Part shown: positions 9,354 to 17,933 of the stretch, one piece after another
How the letters are laid out: each line of letters begins with the position of its first letter
How positions within the stretch are numbered: the first letter of the stretch is position 1
From: Verrucomicrobiales bacterium
GTDB taxonomy: Bacteria; Verrucomicrobiota; Verrucomicrobiia; Verrucomicrobiales; SLCJ01
Assembly: GCA_046075565.1 (NCBI GenBank)
Contig: JBJTQJ010000014.1
Span: 32,031 to 96,030 of the forward strand
Direction: 5' to 3'
Length of the DNA stretch: 64,000 nucleotides
The notes under the pieces: generated by a model
The model's input: the letters and a program-made list of their open reading frames with translations, nothing else
The model's database searches: none
What the model was told of the DNA's origin: nothing
Made by a program: the position numbers and the translations under genes

Positions 9354-9968
9354 ATGGCTTGCGACCTCCGCCACGAGTTGGAGCTGGCCCGGGAAACCGG
9401 TGCTCCAGTTTGTGGTATCGACGAAGCCGGGCGTGGGCCATTGGCTGGCCCGCTCACTGTGGCGGCGGTGATTTTACCGGAAGGTTTTTCGCTCCCCGGA
9501 TTGGATGATTCGAAGAAACTTACCGCCCGGCGCCGGGATGTCTGCCATGCGGCCTTGATGGCCAACTCGGAAGTCCGCTGGCACTGCGAGGTCATCGAAA
9601 CGGAGGAAATCGATCGTCTCAATATCCTCGGGGCCACCCGCGCGGGCATGCGCCGGGTCGCTCTCGCCGTCGGAGCTGCCGCCGCGCTCATTGATGGATT
9701 GCCCGTGCCGGATTTCCCCATCCCCCAGCGCGCCCTCGTTGGGGGCGACGGGCTTTCGCTTTCCATCGCGGCCGCCAGTGTCATCGCCAAAGTGACCCGC
9801 GACCGCATCATGATGGAAATGGATCGGCTTTATCCGCAATATGGCTTTGCAAAACACAAGGGATATGGCACAAAGGAGCATCTCCGCGCATTGCAAACCC
9901 ATGGGCATACTCCGATCCATCGCCGCTCGTTTGCACCCGTTGCTCAGGCGACCCTGGGCCTCGGATGA
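9354..9968 (+). CDS. rnhB: ribonuclease HII
   Basis: GIDEAGRGPLAGP, DDSKKL, SIAAASVIAKVTRD and HKGYGT. Confidence 0.96.
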   Translation: MACDLRHELELARETGAPVCGIDEAGRGPLAGPLTVAAVILPEGFSLPGLDDSKKLTARRRDVCHAALMANSEVRWHCEVIETEEIDRLNILGATRAGMRRVALAVGAAAALIDGLPVPDFPIPQRALVGGDGLSLSIAAASVIAKVTRDRIMMEMDRLYPQYGFAKHKGYGTKEHLRALQTHGHTPIHRRSFAPVAQATLGLG

Positions 9969-10338
9969 TCTCGGACGTGGGGAAATCGGGCGCATCGGTG
10001 AGCGTATCGCCGCGCTCACCCTCACCGCCCGTGGATACAAGATCCTGTGGCGGAATTTCAAATCCAGCCACGATGGCGAAGTCGATATCGTGAGCCGCCA
10101 TCGCGACACTCTCGTTTTTTCCGAAGTAAAGACCCGCACCGGCGACTCGCACGGTCGCCCTTCGGAAGCCGTCACCCCCGCCAAACAACACCTCATCCTC
10201 CGCGGAGCCCGAGAGTGGCTCTCCCGCCTGCCGGATCCCGATAACGTGCCCACCCGCATGGACGTGATCGAAGTCATCCTCACCCCCGGAAAAAAGCCGG
10301 AAGTGACGATCATCGAGGATGCTTTCGGGGATGAGTGA
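9901..10338 (+). CDS. YraN family (UPF0102) putative endonuclease
   Basis: GRIGERIAA, GEVDIV, FSEVKTR and EAVTPAKQ; start uncertain (ATG 9901 overlaps rnhB). Confidence 0.85.
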   Translation: MGILRSIAARLHPLLRRPWASDDLGRGEIGRIGERIAALTLTARGYKILWRNFKSSHDGEVDIVSRHRDTLVFSEVKTRTGDSHGRPSEAVTPAKQHLILRGAREWLSRLPDPDNVPTRMDVIEVILTPGKKPEVTIIEDAFGDE

Positions 10339-10452
10339 AAAACTATATTCTGCAAGCCCTCGGGCGAGTGGAGCAAAATCAGTGCGAAAACGCCACGCAT
10401 GAACGATCAGACGGCGCGTTCGCAAATCCTCCAACTTCGGACTCCACGCTTC

Positions 10453-10902
10453 TCATGATGCTCTAGATTCCGGTATCCAGTGCTCGAAGTTCAACCCTTG
10501 CTGCTCGAATTTGAAGAAATCATTATCCCGGGAGACCCAAGTGCAGGCATGCTCGATGGCCACCGCCGCATGTTGGGCATCGGCGATGCTTTTGCCCGTG
10601 GCCCCGGTTGACCGACAGAGGCGGGAAACCAATTCCCAGTGCCGCTTGCCGGGAAGCAGCCAATGGCCATTCGCCTCGTTCATCATGGCATCAATAACCG
10701 CCAAAGCCTGGGGAAGCGGTGTGGGGCCATTGGGAAAACGCGGGTTGGTGACAATCCTCACGAATCCCCCGGCCACCAAAGGCGAAAGCCCGAAGGCGTG
10801 CTTCCCAAGGATCGTCCCCTGCAATCGAGCCCGATAGTAAGCATGGTCCAACTGGTCTTCCCGATGGGCATAAACCAGGATATTCACATCGAAGGCAATC
10901 AT
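10453..10902 (-). CDS. vapC: PIN-domain toxin, VapC family
   Basis: DVNILVYAH, FVRIVTNPR, IADAQHAA and SRDNDF acidic PIN motifs. Confidence 0.9.
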   Translation of the reverse strand: MIAFDVNILVYAHREDQLDHAYYRARLQGTILGKHAFGLSPLVAGGFVRIVTNPRFPNGPTPLPQALAVIDAMMNEANGHWLLPGKRHWELVSRLCRSTGATGKSIADAQHAAVAIEHACTWVSRDNDFFKFEQQGLNFEHWIPESRAS

Positions 10903-11153
10903 GGGCGATACTCGTGTAGTTCTTCTGCCACCATGAGTTCAGCCATTTCTTGCGGACTCGTATCCACCCGATTTGCCCGCTCCGGAGCAAAAGTTGGCAT
11001 TTGGAAAGGCGCATCCGAGGCGGGCAACAACGGTTCACGGAACGCGGTAAGAAGAGCGTCATTCACCACAGCACTGATACTAGTGTTGCGCTCGGCTGCC
11101 CGCTTCTTTGCCTCAAGAAACAAAGCGTCATTGACAATGAGGGTAGTTCTCAT
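10899..11153 (-). CDS. vapB: ribbon-helix-helix antitoxin, VapB family
   Basis: MRTTLIVNDALFLEAKKRA N-terminus; ATGA overlap with vapC. Confidence 0.85.
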   Translation of the reverse strand: MRTTLIVNDALFLEAKKRAAERNTSISAVVNDALLTAFREPLLPASDAPFQMPTFAPERANRVDTSPQEMAELMVAEELHEYRP

Positions 11154-11161
11154 GATTACGC

Positions 11162-11189
11162 ATCATACGTATGCACGCTTAATTTTCAA
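11162..11189 (-). promoter_or_regulatory. sigma70-like vapBC promoter with overlapping palindromic operator
   Basis: minus strand TTGAAA-16 nt-TATGAT ending 8 nt before the vapB ATG; palindrome CATACGTATG 11164-11173. Confidence 0.6.
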
Positions 11190-11456
11190 GGATAATTTTC
11201 GTTAATCGCCCCTTTGGGGATGCGTTCACCCAGTGCCTGCTTCCCGGCCAGAACGCAATGATCGCTTGCCTGCGCTGCCACGCACCCCGGCCTCTTGGAA
11301 GATTTGGCGCCTGCCTGTTGAATGCTTTGGGAAGTTGATCTTGTGCAGTCGATCAAGGAGATGCTATTCTCAACCTCGTGGTCGGCTCACCCTGCCACAC
11401 ATTCCCATGGCCCGATGCCCATCCCGCATCGTTCACAAACCACACCCCACCACCCA

Positions 11457-11801
11457 ATGAATATTCCGGAATCTGATTGGCGTCGTTTCAAGGAAGTGCA
11501 TGGAATCCTCATTCAGCGATATTGCTCACAAGTCTTGGAAGAGCTTCTCGAAGTGGCTCAAGGAACGGATCAGAGCCCGCACGACCGTTATTTGAAGATC
11601 TTTGGCATGATTCGGGATCGTGACAAAGAATTGGGCCGTGTCTTCGATGATTTCCGCCGTTCAACTGCGGTGTCCCAGTTGGGGCTCATGCGATCCATGG
11701 GGCTTCTAGCCGATGAAGAACTGGCTTCATTTTCCGAGGAGACTCGGCAGCAAGTGGACAGTTACGCCGTCATGGCTTCACGGCTTGGGGAACCGGACTG
11801 A
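11457..11801 (+). CDS. small helical hypothetical protein
   Basis: clean ORF MNIPESDWRRFKEVH...; plausible protein composition; function unknown. Confidence 0.7.
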   Translation: MNIPESDWRRFKEVHGILIQRYCSQVLEELLEVAQGTDQSPHDRYLKIFGMIRDRDKELGRVFDDFRRSTAVSQLGLMRSMGLLADEELASFSEETRQQVDSYAVMASRLGEPD

Positions 11802-11894
11802 CATGGCAAAACCTAACTCCGATTCTGTCGGGGCTACCCCTTGATCCGTAGCGGCACGTCTTCCCGTGCCGAGTGAGCGACGCTCCACCCCCAG

Positions 11895-12065
11895 AAAGCG
11901 CCGTCGCTGCCGGCGCACTCCAACACAGGGGCTAAGATTGGACACCGCACTCGACAGGTAGCTCTTGATCACGAACCGGCCTCGTCACCCCAAGAGCTGG
12001 GAAGAATCCCAGCAGTCCAAAAGCCTGCGGCGCTCTCGCGCATCAGCGCCGCAGGCTCTGGACTG
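11895..12065. repeat. cluster of REP-like palindromes
   Basis: GCGCCG-TCGCTGC-CGGCGC-ACTCCAA 11898-11923; GCTGGGA-AGAA-TCCCAGC 11996-12013; inverted repeat 12013-12034 / 12045-12065. Confidence 0.65.
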
Positions 12066-12095
12066 TCACCGTAGATAGTGCAGTAGCCGACAGCC
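12064..12095 (-). repeat. 32-bp direct-repeat copy of internal nadE sequence (13854-13885)
   Basis: TGTCACCGTAGATAGTGCAGTAGCCGACAGCC vs TGTCGCCGTAGATGGTGCAGTAGCCGACCGCC, 29/32 identical; both read AVGYCTIYGD. Confidence 0.85.
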
Positions 12096-12350
12096 TCCAG
12101 CCCGGCAAACGCCATCCCCCTAGCGTCGCCAATCGCTTCCCCCTCATCAAAGTCATCCGGAGCGACAAATCCCCCCAAAGCCGACAACCTCGCCACCGCT
12201 TGCCAGGCGTGAGCCCGGTCCTCGGACTTTTCCCAACAGCGCAAAAAAGTCTTGCGCCAAAGCGTCGTGCGGACAGGATTCTTCCAAGGCCGCTCGAACG
12301 AGCCCCGCCTCGGCAAGGACGGAGTCTGCCCTTCCGGGTCGCTTTTTCCC

Positions 12351-12388
12351 CATAACAACGACCGGTCGCTCAATAAAACTGTTAGCGG
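12351..12388 (+). mobile_element. attI-like integron core site (left boundary of the cassette)
   Basis: AATAAAACT-GTTAGCGG; GTTAGCGG (12381) is the exact reverse complement of CCGCTAAC (13246) at the attC R'' box. Confidence 0.55.
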
Positions 12389-12428
12389 AAAAAACAAGCC
12401 CTCTCATTCGCGCAATCGCACAGATTCC

Positions 12429-13252
12429 ATGAAAAACTTCTACTACGTTGACGCCACCCAGGAAGTCCAGGGGCCTTTGCCGCTTGAAGAACTTGACGCG
12501 CTCCATAGGTGCGGAAAGATAACTGCTATGACCCAGGTATGCTTGGAAGGAACAGAGGTTTGGACGCCATTTTAACAACTTCCCCGACCTTCGGCCCCAA
12601 AGGAAGAGCCAAGAAAAGCAGAAGCACCCGCTACTTCTTTTGGACTCTGGTAAATTGCCCTGCCTGCGGCAAATCCGTTTCTAGGAACGCGCCATCGTGT
12701 ATCGGTTGCGGAGAGCCGCTAAAAACGCCAGAAGAGATTCTCGCCTCAGGCCATGCAAAAGCAATAAAGCCGGACGAGACTATCGGAATTCTTCTTTTAG
12801 TTTTGCCCACGGTTTCGGCTCTCCTGATAGTTTTCTGGATTGGTAGCATGAATTTACTTCAAAATCCGGGATCGACTCTTGCGTTCATTGTGATTGCCAC
12901 AGTGATTGCGTGTGGGCTTTTAGTTGGATTTGAGGCCAACCAACTCGGGGTTGGCAGCGACACAGATATCGACGATAAAGGAAGCAAGAAGACAGGACCT
13001 GTTGGCTGGGCCGTATTCACGATGCTTATGTGGGTTATTGGATATCCGGCTTACATGGGGCATCGCTCAAAATATGGGGCGAACGATTTATTATTTGGTG
13101 CCATCTTGACCACTTTCCTTTTCATAAGCGCAATCTTTTATATCAATTATGCCATCGAGGAAAAGAAGGCACAGGTTAGGGCGGGTGTTCGTGAAGTTCA
13201 GAAAGAGCTAGACGATTTGGAGAGAAGTTTCCGCTACAACAGCAACCGCTAA
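12429..13252 (+). pseudogene. integron cassette gene: GYF_2 (DUF4339-like) domain, zinc ribbon and multi-TM region, disrupted
   Basis: MKNFYYVD..QGPLPLEEL..VWTPF then TAA at 12573-12575; Pro/Glu linker continues in frame; frameshift near 12637-12647 into LVNCPACGK..CIGCG and TM helices; AT-rich. Confidence 0.7.
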
Positions 13253-13334
13253 CAAGCCGTGCGTGGCAACCGGCGATAGCGCCCCTGGTTGAATTTGGAG
13301 CTTGCCCCGCCGGTGCCACCACTCTACATTGGTT
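13247..13334 (+). mobile_element. integron attC site with mutated R' box
   Basis: R'' CGCTAAC, 5 nt, L'' GTGCGTGG ... L' CCACCAC, 5 nt, ATTGGTT; two unpaired bases at the expected positions; stop codon of the cassette ORF lies in R''. Confidence 0.8.
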
Positions 13335-13374
13335 TTTGAAGGTTGATTTGATAGCGATGCGTTGTGCTGCCAGT

Positions 13375-13408
13375 TCAAAAATCAAAAATCCGCACTCGTC
13401 ACTCGTCA
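13375..13408. repeat. short tandem heptamer repeats
   Basis: (TCAAAAA)x2 then (CACTCGT)x2. Confidence 0.5.
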
Positions 13409-13467
13409 ATCACGGGGTTTCCCGATAACTTTCAATCTGCCTGACGGACCACACTAGCCCGCGCCGC

Positions 13468-15096
13468 TCACTCCCGGAACCTCTGCGCGATAGGCATGCG
13501 TCGGCCGATGCCGAATGCTTTGGTGGTCACGCGGAGACCGGGCGCGGCTTGGTGGCGTTTCCATTCGTTGCAATCGACCATGCGGATGATCCGGCGGGTG
13601 GTTTCGGCATCGAAGCCATCGGCGATGATTTCGTCCCCGCTCCAGTGGCGTTCGACCAGACGTTCGAGTATGGCATCGAGCACCTCATAGGGCGGGAGTG
13701 AGTCCTGGTCGGTCTGGTCCGGGCGCAACTCCGCGCTCGGGGGTTTGGAGATCGTGCCGGGAGGAATGATTTCTTTTTCCCGGTTCATCCAGCAGGCGAG
13801 ATCGTAGATGCGGGTTTTCGGCACATCACTGATGACCGCGAGTCCGCCGCACATGTCGCCGTAGATGGTGCAGTAGCCGACCGCCAGTTCACTTTTGTTA
13901 CCGGTGGTGAGCAGCAAATGACCGAACTTGTTCGAGATGGCCATGAGAGTCACGCCGCGCAGACGCGCTTGCAGATTTTCCTCGGTCACATCGGGGGCGC
14001 GACCCGCGAAGACGGGCGCGAAACTCGCGAGGGCGGCATCGACCATCGGACCAATCGGCACGGTGTGGGTGGTGATGCCGAGATTGGCGGCCAAGCGCAG
14101 GGCATCGGAAATACTATGGTCGGAAGAGAAAGGACCTGGCATCAGCACTCCGAACACATTCTCCGGTCCGAGGGCTTCCGCCGCGAGGGCGGCGACCATG
14201 GCGGAATCAATGCCGCCGCTGAGGCCAAGCACAACCGATTTGAATCCACACTTGCGCACGTAGTCGCCAAGACCGAGCACGAGAGCGGCGTGTAATTCCG
14301 AGCATGGCTCCATCCAGACGGGCTTGATGACGGGTGCGTCCAACTCCACAACCCTTTCGCATTCCTCGAAACCGGGCAAGATCGCGCGGGTGGCACCATC
14401 GGCGCCCACCAGCAATGAATGGCCATCAAAGACAAGTTGGTCATTGCCCCCCACGGCGTTCACATAAACGATGGGCACACCCGACTCTCGAGCGGTTTCC
14501 CCGAGCATTCTGGATCGGGTCTCCGGTTTTCCGAGATGGTAGGGCGAGGCGCTCAGATTGAGGATCAGTTTCGCGCCTGCTCGCACCAAATCGGCTGCGG
14601 GATCGCGGCGATACAATGGCGCGGGCAAATAGTCCTCATCCCAGATGTCCTCGCAGATGGTGATACCACACGGCAGACCGGCGAGTTCGATCACCTGGAC
14701 TGAATCGGCCGGTTCGAAGTAACGTGCTTCATCAAAGACGTCGTAGGTGGGCAGACGGGTTTTCGCGATTTGGTGTTTTACCTTCCCCCGCTCAAGGACG
14801 GCGGCTGCATTGAGAAAAGGAGCGCCCTGGCCAGTAAGGTTAGGCGCGACATAACCGACGAGTAAGGGAACTTCCCTGGTAGTGAGCGCGAGTTCCTCCA
14901 ATGCGGAAAGTGTTTTCGGCAAGAAAGCGGACTTGAGAATCAGATCCCGCGGAGGATACCCGGTGATGGCGAGTTCGGGAGCAACGATGATTTCAGCTCC
15001 GGCTTCGACAAGCCTACGGTAACCCGCCGCGACACGGGCCGTGTTGCCGGAGATATCTCCCACCGTGGGATTGATTTGCAGAAAACCGATGCGCAT
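13468..15096 (-). CDS. nadE: glutamine-dependent NAD+ synthetase
   Basis: nitrilase domain (PELAITGYPP, ICEDIW) plus GLSGGIDSA, TGNKSE and PPSAELRPDQ. Confidence 0.96.
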   Translation of the reverse strand: MRIGFLQINPTVGDISGNTARVAAGYRRLVEAGAEIIVAPELAITGYPPRDLILKSAFLPKTLSALEELALTTREVPLLVGYVAPNLTGQGAPFLNAAAVLERGKVKHQIAKTRLPTYDVFDEARYFEPADSVQVIELAGLPCGITICEDIWDEDYLPAPLYRRDPAADLVRAGAKLILNLSASPYHLGKPETRSRMLGETARESGVPIVYVNAVGGNDQLVFDGHSLLVGADGATRAILPGFEECERVVELDAPVIKPVWMEPCSELHAALVLGLGDYVRKCGFKSVVLGLSGGIDSAMVAALAAEALGPENVFGVLMPGPFSSDHSISDALRLAANLGITTHTVPIGPMVDAALASFAPVFAGRAPDVTEENLQARLRGVTLMAISNKFGHLLLTTGNKSELAVGYCTIYGDMCGGLAVISDVPKTRIYDLACWMNREKEIIPPGTISKPPSAELRPDQTDQDSLPPYEVLDAILERLVERHWSGDEIIADGFDAETTRRIIRMVDCNEWKRHQAAPGLRVTTKAFGIGRRMPIAQRFRE

Positions 15097-15111
15097 GAAT
15101 GGAAGGGAATT

Positions 15112-15864
15112 TTACCAGAATCCGTAACGACCAGTGGCCATCACATGGATCCCGAGAATGAGATTGGCGACGCCATGCGCGACCACACAGGCAGTGAGAC
15201 TGCGGGTGCGGACGGCGAGAGAATACAGCAACAGGGCCCAAAAGAAAGCGGCTGCGTAATCGGCCGGCTGGTGCACCAGGACGACACCGCAGACTGAACC
15301 CACGAGCGCCCGCCAGTGGTGGGTGCCAAATGGGACGGTCCACATGCCATGATGGGTCGGGACCAACCAGCGCATGAGGAACCCGCGCCAGAAGACTTCC
15401 TCCAACAGAGCTACCACTACCACCATCCGAAGGAACCGCATCACGATGGCCAGCACGGGAACCGGCGCTTCCGAAGGATCAAAACCTTGCATCCTCGCCT
15501 GCACGCCCAGGTAGGAAAGCCAGCCAGCCGAATCTTTGTCATACCCGAGACGGTGATAGAGTTCGCAAGGCAGAATCCAGAGCGCGATGCCGACGGCACC
15601 CACGATTAGGCCGAGGCCGAGATGGCCAAGCGAGGGGACATCAAATTGATACTGTTTCCACCACCAGACGAGCAGAGCGCCGCAGAGGACGGTCTGCAAG
15701 GGATACACCCACTGTTCCGGTGCGCGCACATACCATGGGGCGTCGGGCGAATTTTTTCCGAAGTTGACGAGCAAGAGCAGCAACTGGAAAAACACCAGCG
15801 GCGCGATGTGGGCGAGCGAGCGGTCCTTTCGCCAATTCTGGATGGGTGAGGAGGCCGCGCTCAT
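15112..15864 (-). CDS. CAAX prenyl protease-related (Abi/CPBP) membrane protein, exosortase-associated type
   Basis: EEVFWRGFL and AHGVAN motifs; multiple TM segments; start taken at MSAASS. Confidence 0.8.
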   Translation of the reverse strand: MSAASSPIQNWRKDRSLAHIAPLVFFQLLLLLVNFGKNSPDAPWYVRAPEQWVYPLQTVLCGALLVWWWKQYQFDVPSLGHLGLGLIVGAVGIALWILPCELYHRLGYDKDSAGWLSYLGVQARMQGFDPSEAPVPVLAIVMRFLRMVVVVALLEEVFWRGFLMRWLVPTHHGMWTVPFGTHHWRALVGSVCGVVLVHQPADYAAAFFWALLLYSLAVRTRSLTACVVAHGVANLILGIHVMATGRYGFW

Positions 15865-15890
15865 GGTTATGGGTGGTTGGAACGAGTTCC

Positions 15891-17090
15891 TCATCCCGCC
15901 TCGGCGGCGGGCCGGAGCCCGAGTCGCCCGACGAATCGTTCCATCCGGTTCATGGCTTCCTTCAGCTCTTCGAAACCGGTAGCATAACAGCAACGGAGGA
16001 AACCCTCGCCACACGAGCCGAAAGCCGTGCCGGGAACAGCGGCCACCGCCTCCTCGTCGAGCAGACGGCGGGCGAATTCCTTGCTGGTGAGTCCCGTGGG
16101 GCGAATGTCGGGGAAAACATAAAAAGCCCCGCCGGGTTCGAAAGTCGGCAGGCCCATGGCATTGAGACGATCCACGACCATGCGGCGGCGTTGGTCGTAG
16201 CTGCGGCGCATCATTTCCACGGCGGCGGCTCCGTTTTCCAGTGCCTCCAGCGCCGCAAACTGACTGGTAATCGGTGCGCAGAGGATGCCATACTGGTGGA
16301 TCTTCATCATCGCTTCGATCAGCACTTCCGGCGCACACGCATAACCGAGACGGAAACCGGTCATGGCAAAGGCCTTGGAAAATCCGTGCAGGAGCAAGGT
16401 GCGCTCCTTCATGCCCGGCATGGCCGCGATCGAGGGATGCGCTTTGCCATCGTAACGCAGTTCACTGTAGATCTCGTCGGTGATGACGATGAGGTCGTGC
16501 TTGATGGCCAATTCGGCGATGCCGCGCAATTCTTCAGGTTCGATCACCGCACCCGTGGGATTTGTCGGAAAGTTCAACATGATCACCCGCGTGCGGGGCG
16601 TGATAGCGGCCTCCACATCGGCGGCGCGCAGTCCGAAATCATCTTCCGGTTTCGTCGTCACCACGACAGGCACTCCGGAAGCGAGGCAAATCGATGGCGA
16701 ATAGGAAACATAACAAGGCTCGTGATAAATCACCTCGTCACCCGGTTCAAGCAGAGCGCGGAAGGCGAGATCCAAGGCTTCGGATACCCCGACCGTGATG
16801 AGCACTTCCTTGAGTGGCTCGTAACGCACATGGAAAAAGCCCTCGACATATTTGGCCACCGCCTCGCGCAGTCTCGGCATACCGAGATTCGAGGTGTAGC
16901 TGGTCATCCCCTTCTCGAGCGAGAAGATGGCAGCCTCGCGGATATGCCATGGGGTGACGAAGTCAGGTTCACCCACGCCAAGGGAAATCACCCCTTGGCG
17001 GGCCTGCACGAGTTCAAAAAACTCGCGGATACCGGAACGAGGAAGCCCGGCGACATGGGAAGCAATGCGGATACCCGATGATGAACTCAT
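15891..17090 (-). CDS. class I/II PLP aminotransferase (AlaT/YugH-like)
   Basis: SLGVGEPDF, NPTG, DEIYSEL and GFSKAFAMTGFRLG. Confidence 0.92.
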   Translation of the reverse strand: MSSSSGIRIASHVAGLPRSGIREFFELVQARQGVISLGVGEPDFVTPWHIREAAIFSLEKGMTSYTSNLGMPRLREAVAKYVEGFFHVRYEPLKEVLITVGVSEALDLAFRALLEPGDEVIYHEPCYVSYSPSICLASGVPVVVTTKPEDDFGLRAADVEAAITPRTRVIMLNFPTNPTGAVIEPEELRGIAELAIKHDLIVITDEIYSELRYDGKAHPSIAAMPGMKERTLLLHGFSKAFAMTGFRLGYACAPEVLIEAMMKIHQYGILCAPITSQFAALEALENGAAAVEMMRRSYDQRRRMVVDRLNAMGLPTFEPGGAFYVFPDIRPTGLTSKEFARRLLDEEAVAAVPGTAFGSCGEGFLRCCYATGFEELKEAMNRMERFVGRLGLRPAAEAG

Positions 17091-17114
17091 GGTAAAAAGA
17101 GAAATGGTTCGGGA

Positions 17115-17600
17115 TCAGGGCGCGACCGAAAGCCGCTCGTTCTCGGCGGTTCCTCCGACCAGGAACCCACCTTCCTTGTAGGCCTTCAGCACAAAGTGGG
17201 TGGCGGTGGAGAGCACGCCTTCGAGGGTGCTCAATTTTTGGGAAACGAAACTGGCAATCTCGCGAAGGTCGCGGCCGTGGATGAAAACCGCCAGGTCATA
17301 ACCGCCGCTCATGAGATAGCAGGCACGCACTTGGTCGAAGCGGGCGATGCGCTGGGCCAGACGATCGAACCCACCTCCCCGTTCCGGGGTCATTTTCACT
17401 TCGATCATGGCGACCACTTCGTCGCGTTCCGCTTTCTCCGGATCGACGATAGCTTTGTAGCCGAGGATCGTGCCATCCGCTTCCCATCCGGCCAATTTGG
17501 CGACCACTTCCGAGGAGGGCAGGCCGGACTTGGCCGCCAGATCATCGATCGGGCAGCGGGCATCCATTTTCATCAATTCGAGCAGGGGGTCATGGGGCAT
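17115..17600 (-). CDS. Lrp/AsnC family regulator (AlaR/YugG-like)
   Basis: N-terminal HTH; YLMSGGYDL and STATHFVLK; lies upstream of the aminotransferase. Confidence 0.88.
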   Translation of the reverse strand: MPHDPLLELMKMDARCPIDDLAAKSGLPSSEVVAKLAGWEADGTILGYKAIVDPEKAERDEVVAMIEVKMTPERGGGFDRLAQRIARFDQVRACYLMSGGYDLAVFIHGRDLREIASFVSQKLSTLEGVLSTATHFVLKAYKEGGFLVGGTAENERLSVAP

Positions 17601-17742
17601 GGCGGGAAACTTGGGAAAGTCGGATGGATAACAAACACCAGCCGAGCGGGAAAATCCACCTGAAATACCCCGGATTTTTGCCCTGCGCTCAGCGAGCGGT
17701 GGAGCCTCTGCCGTTCATTCCCACGTGAATATCCATTTCAGG

Positions 17743-17848
17743 GGCAGGGACCGCTGCCCTCAGCGGTCCGAGAGATCGCGAGGCCATCGGAAGTGCGAGG
17801 ACACGGCGACTACGCCCCCGCGGACCGCTGGGGACAGCGGTCCCTGCC
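17743..17848. repeat. inverted pair of REP-like palindromes
   Basis: GGCAGGGACCGCTGCCCTCAGCGGTCCG (17743-17770) and near-perfect reverse complement at 17821-17848. Confidence 0.75.
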
Positions 17849-17933
17849 TTGTCGAGGGGAATATCGTGTCAAATGAAGTGGTGACCCGCCTAGGCTAGCC
17901 TGCACCTCATGCCCCCAAGCCTGCGCATCGGCC

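Noticed and set aside
12095-12140. LQPGKRHPP as a lipA remnant
   Set aside because: Resemblance to QYLQP..H is too short and the downstream sequence does not match.
11969-12397. Minus-strand ORF as integron integrase or second nadE
   Set aside because: No tyrosine-recombinase motifs in the minus frames read. Only 10 codons match NadE and the rest runs through palindromic repeats.
12064-13885. DGR template/variable repeat pair (all three mismatches are A in the + strand copy)
   Set aside because: Only 32 bp, the changes are synonymous T positions on the coding strand, the target is a conserved enzyme motif, and there is no reverse transcriptase in the window.
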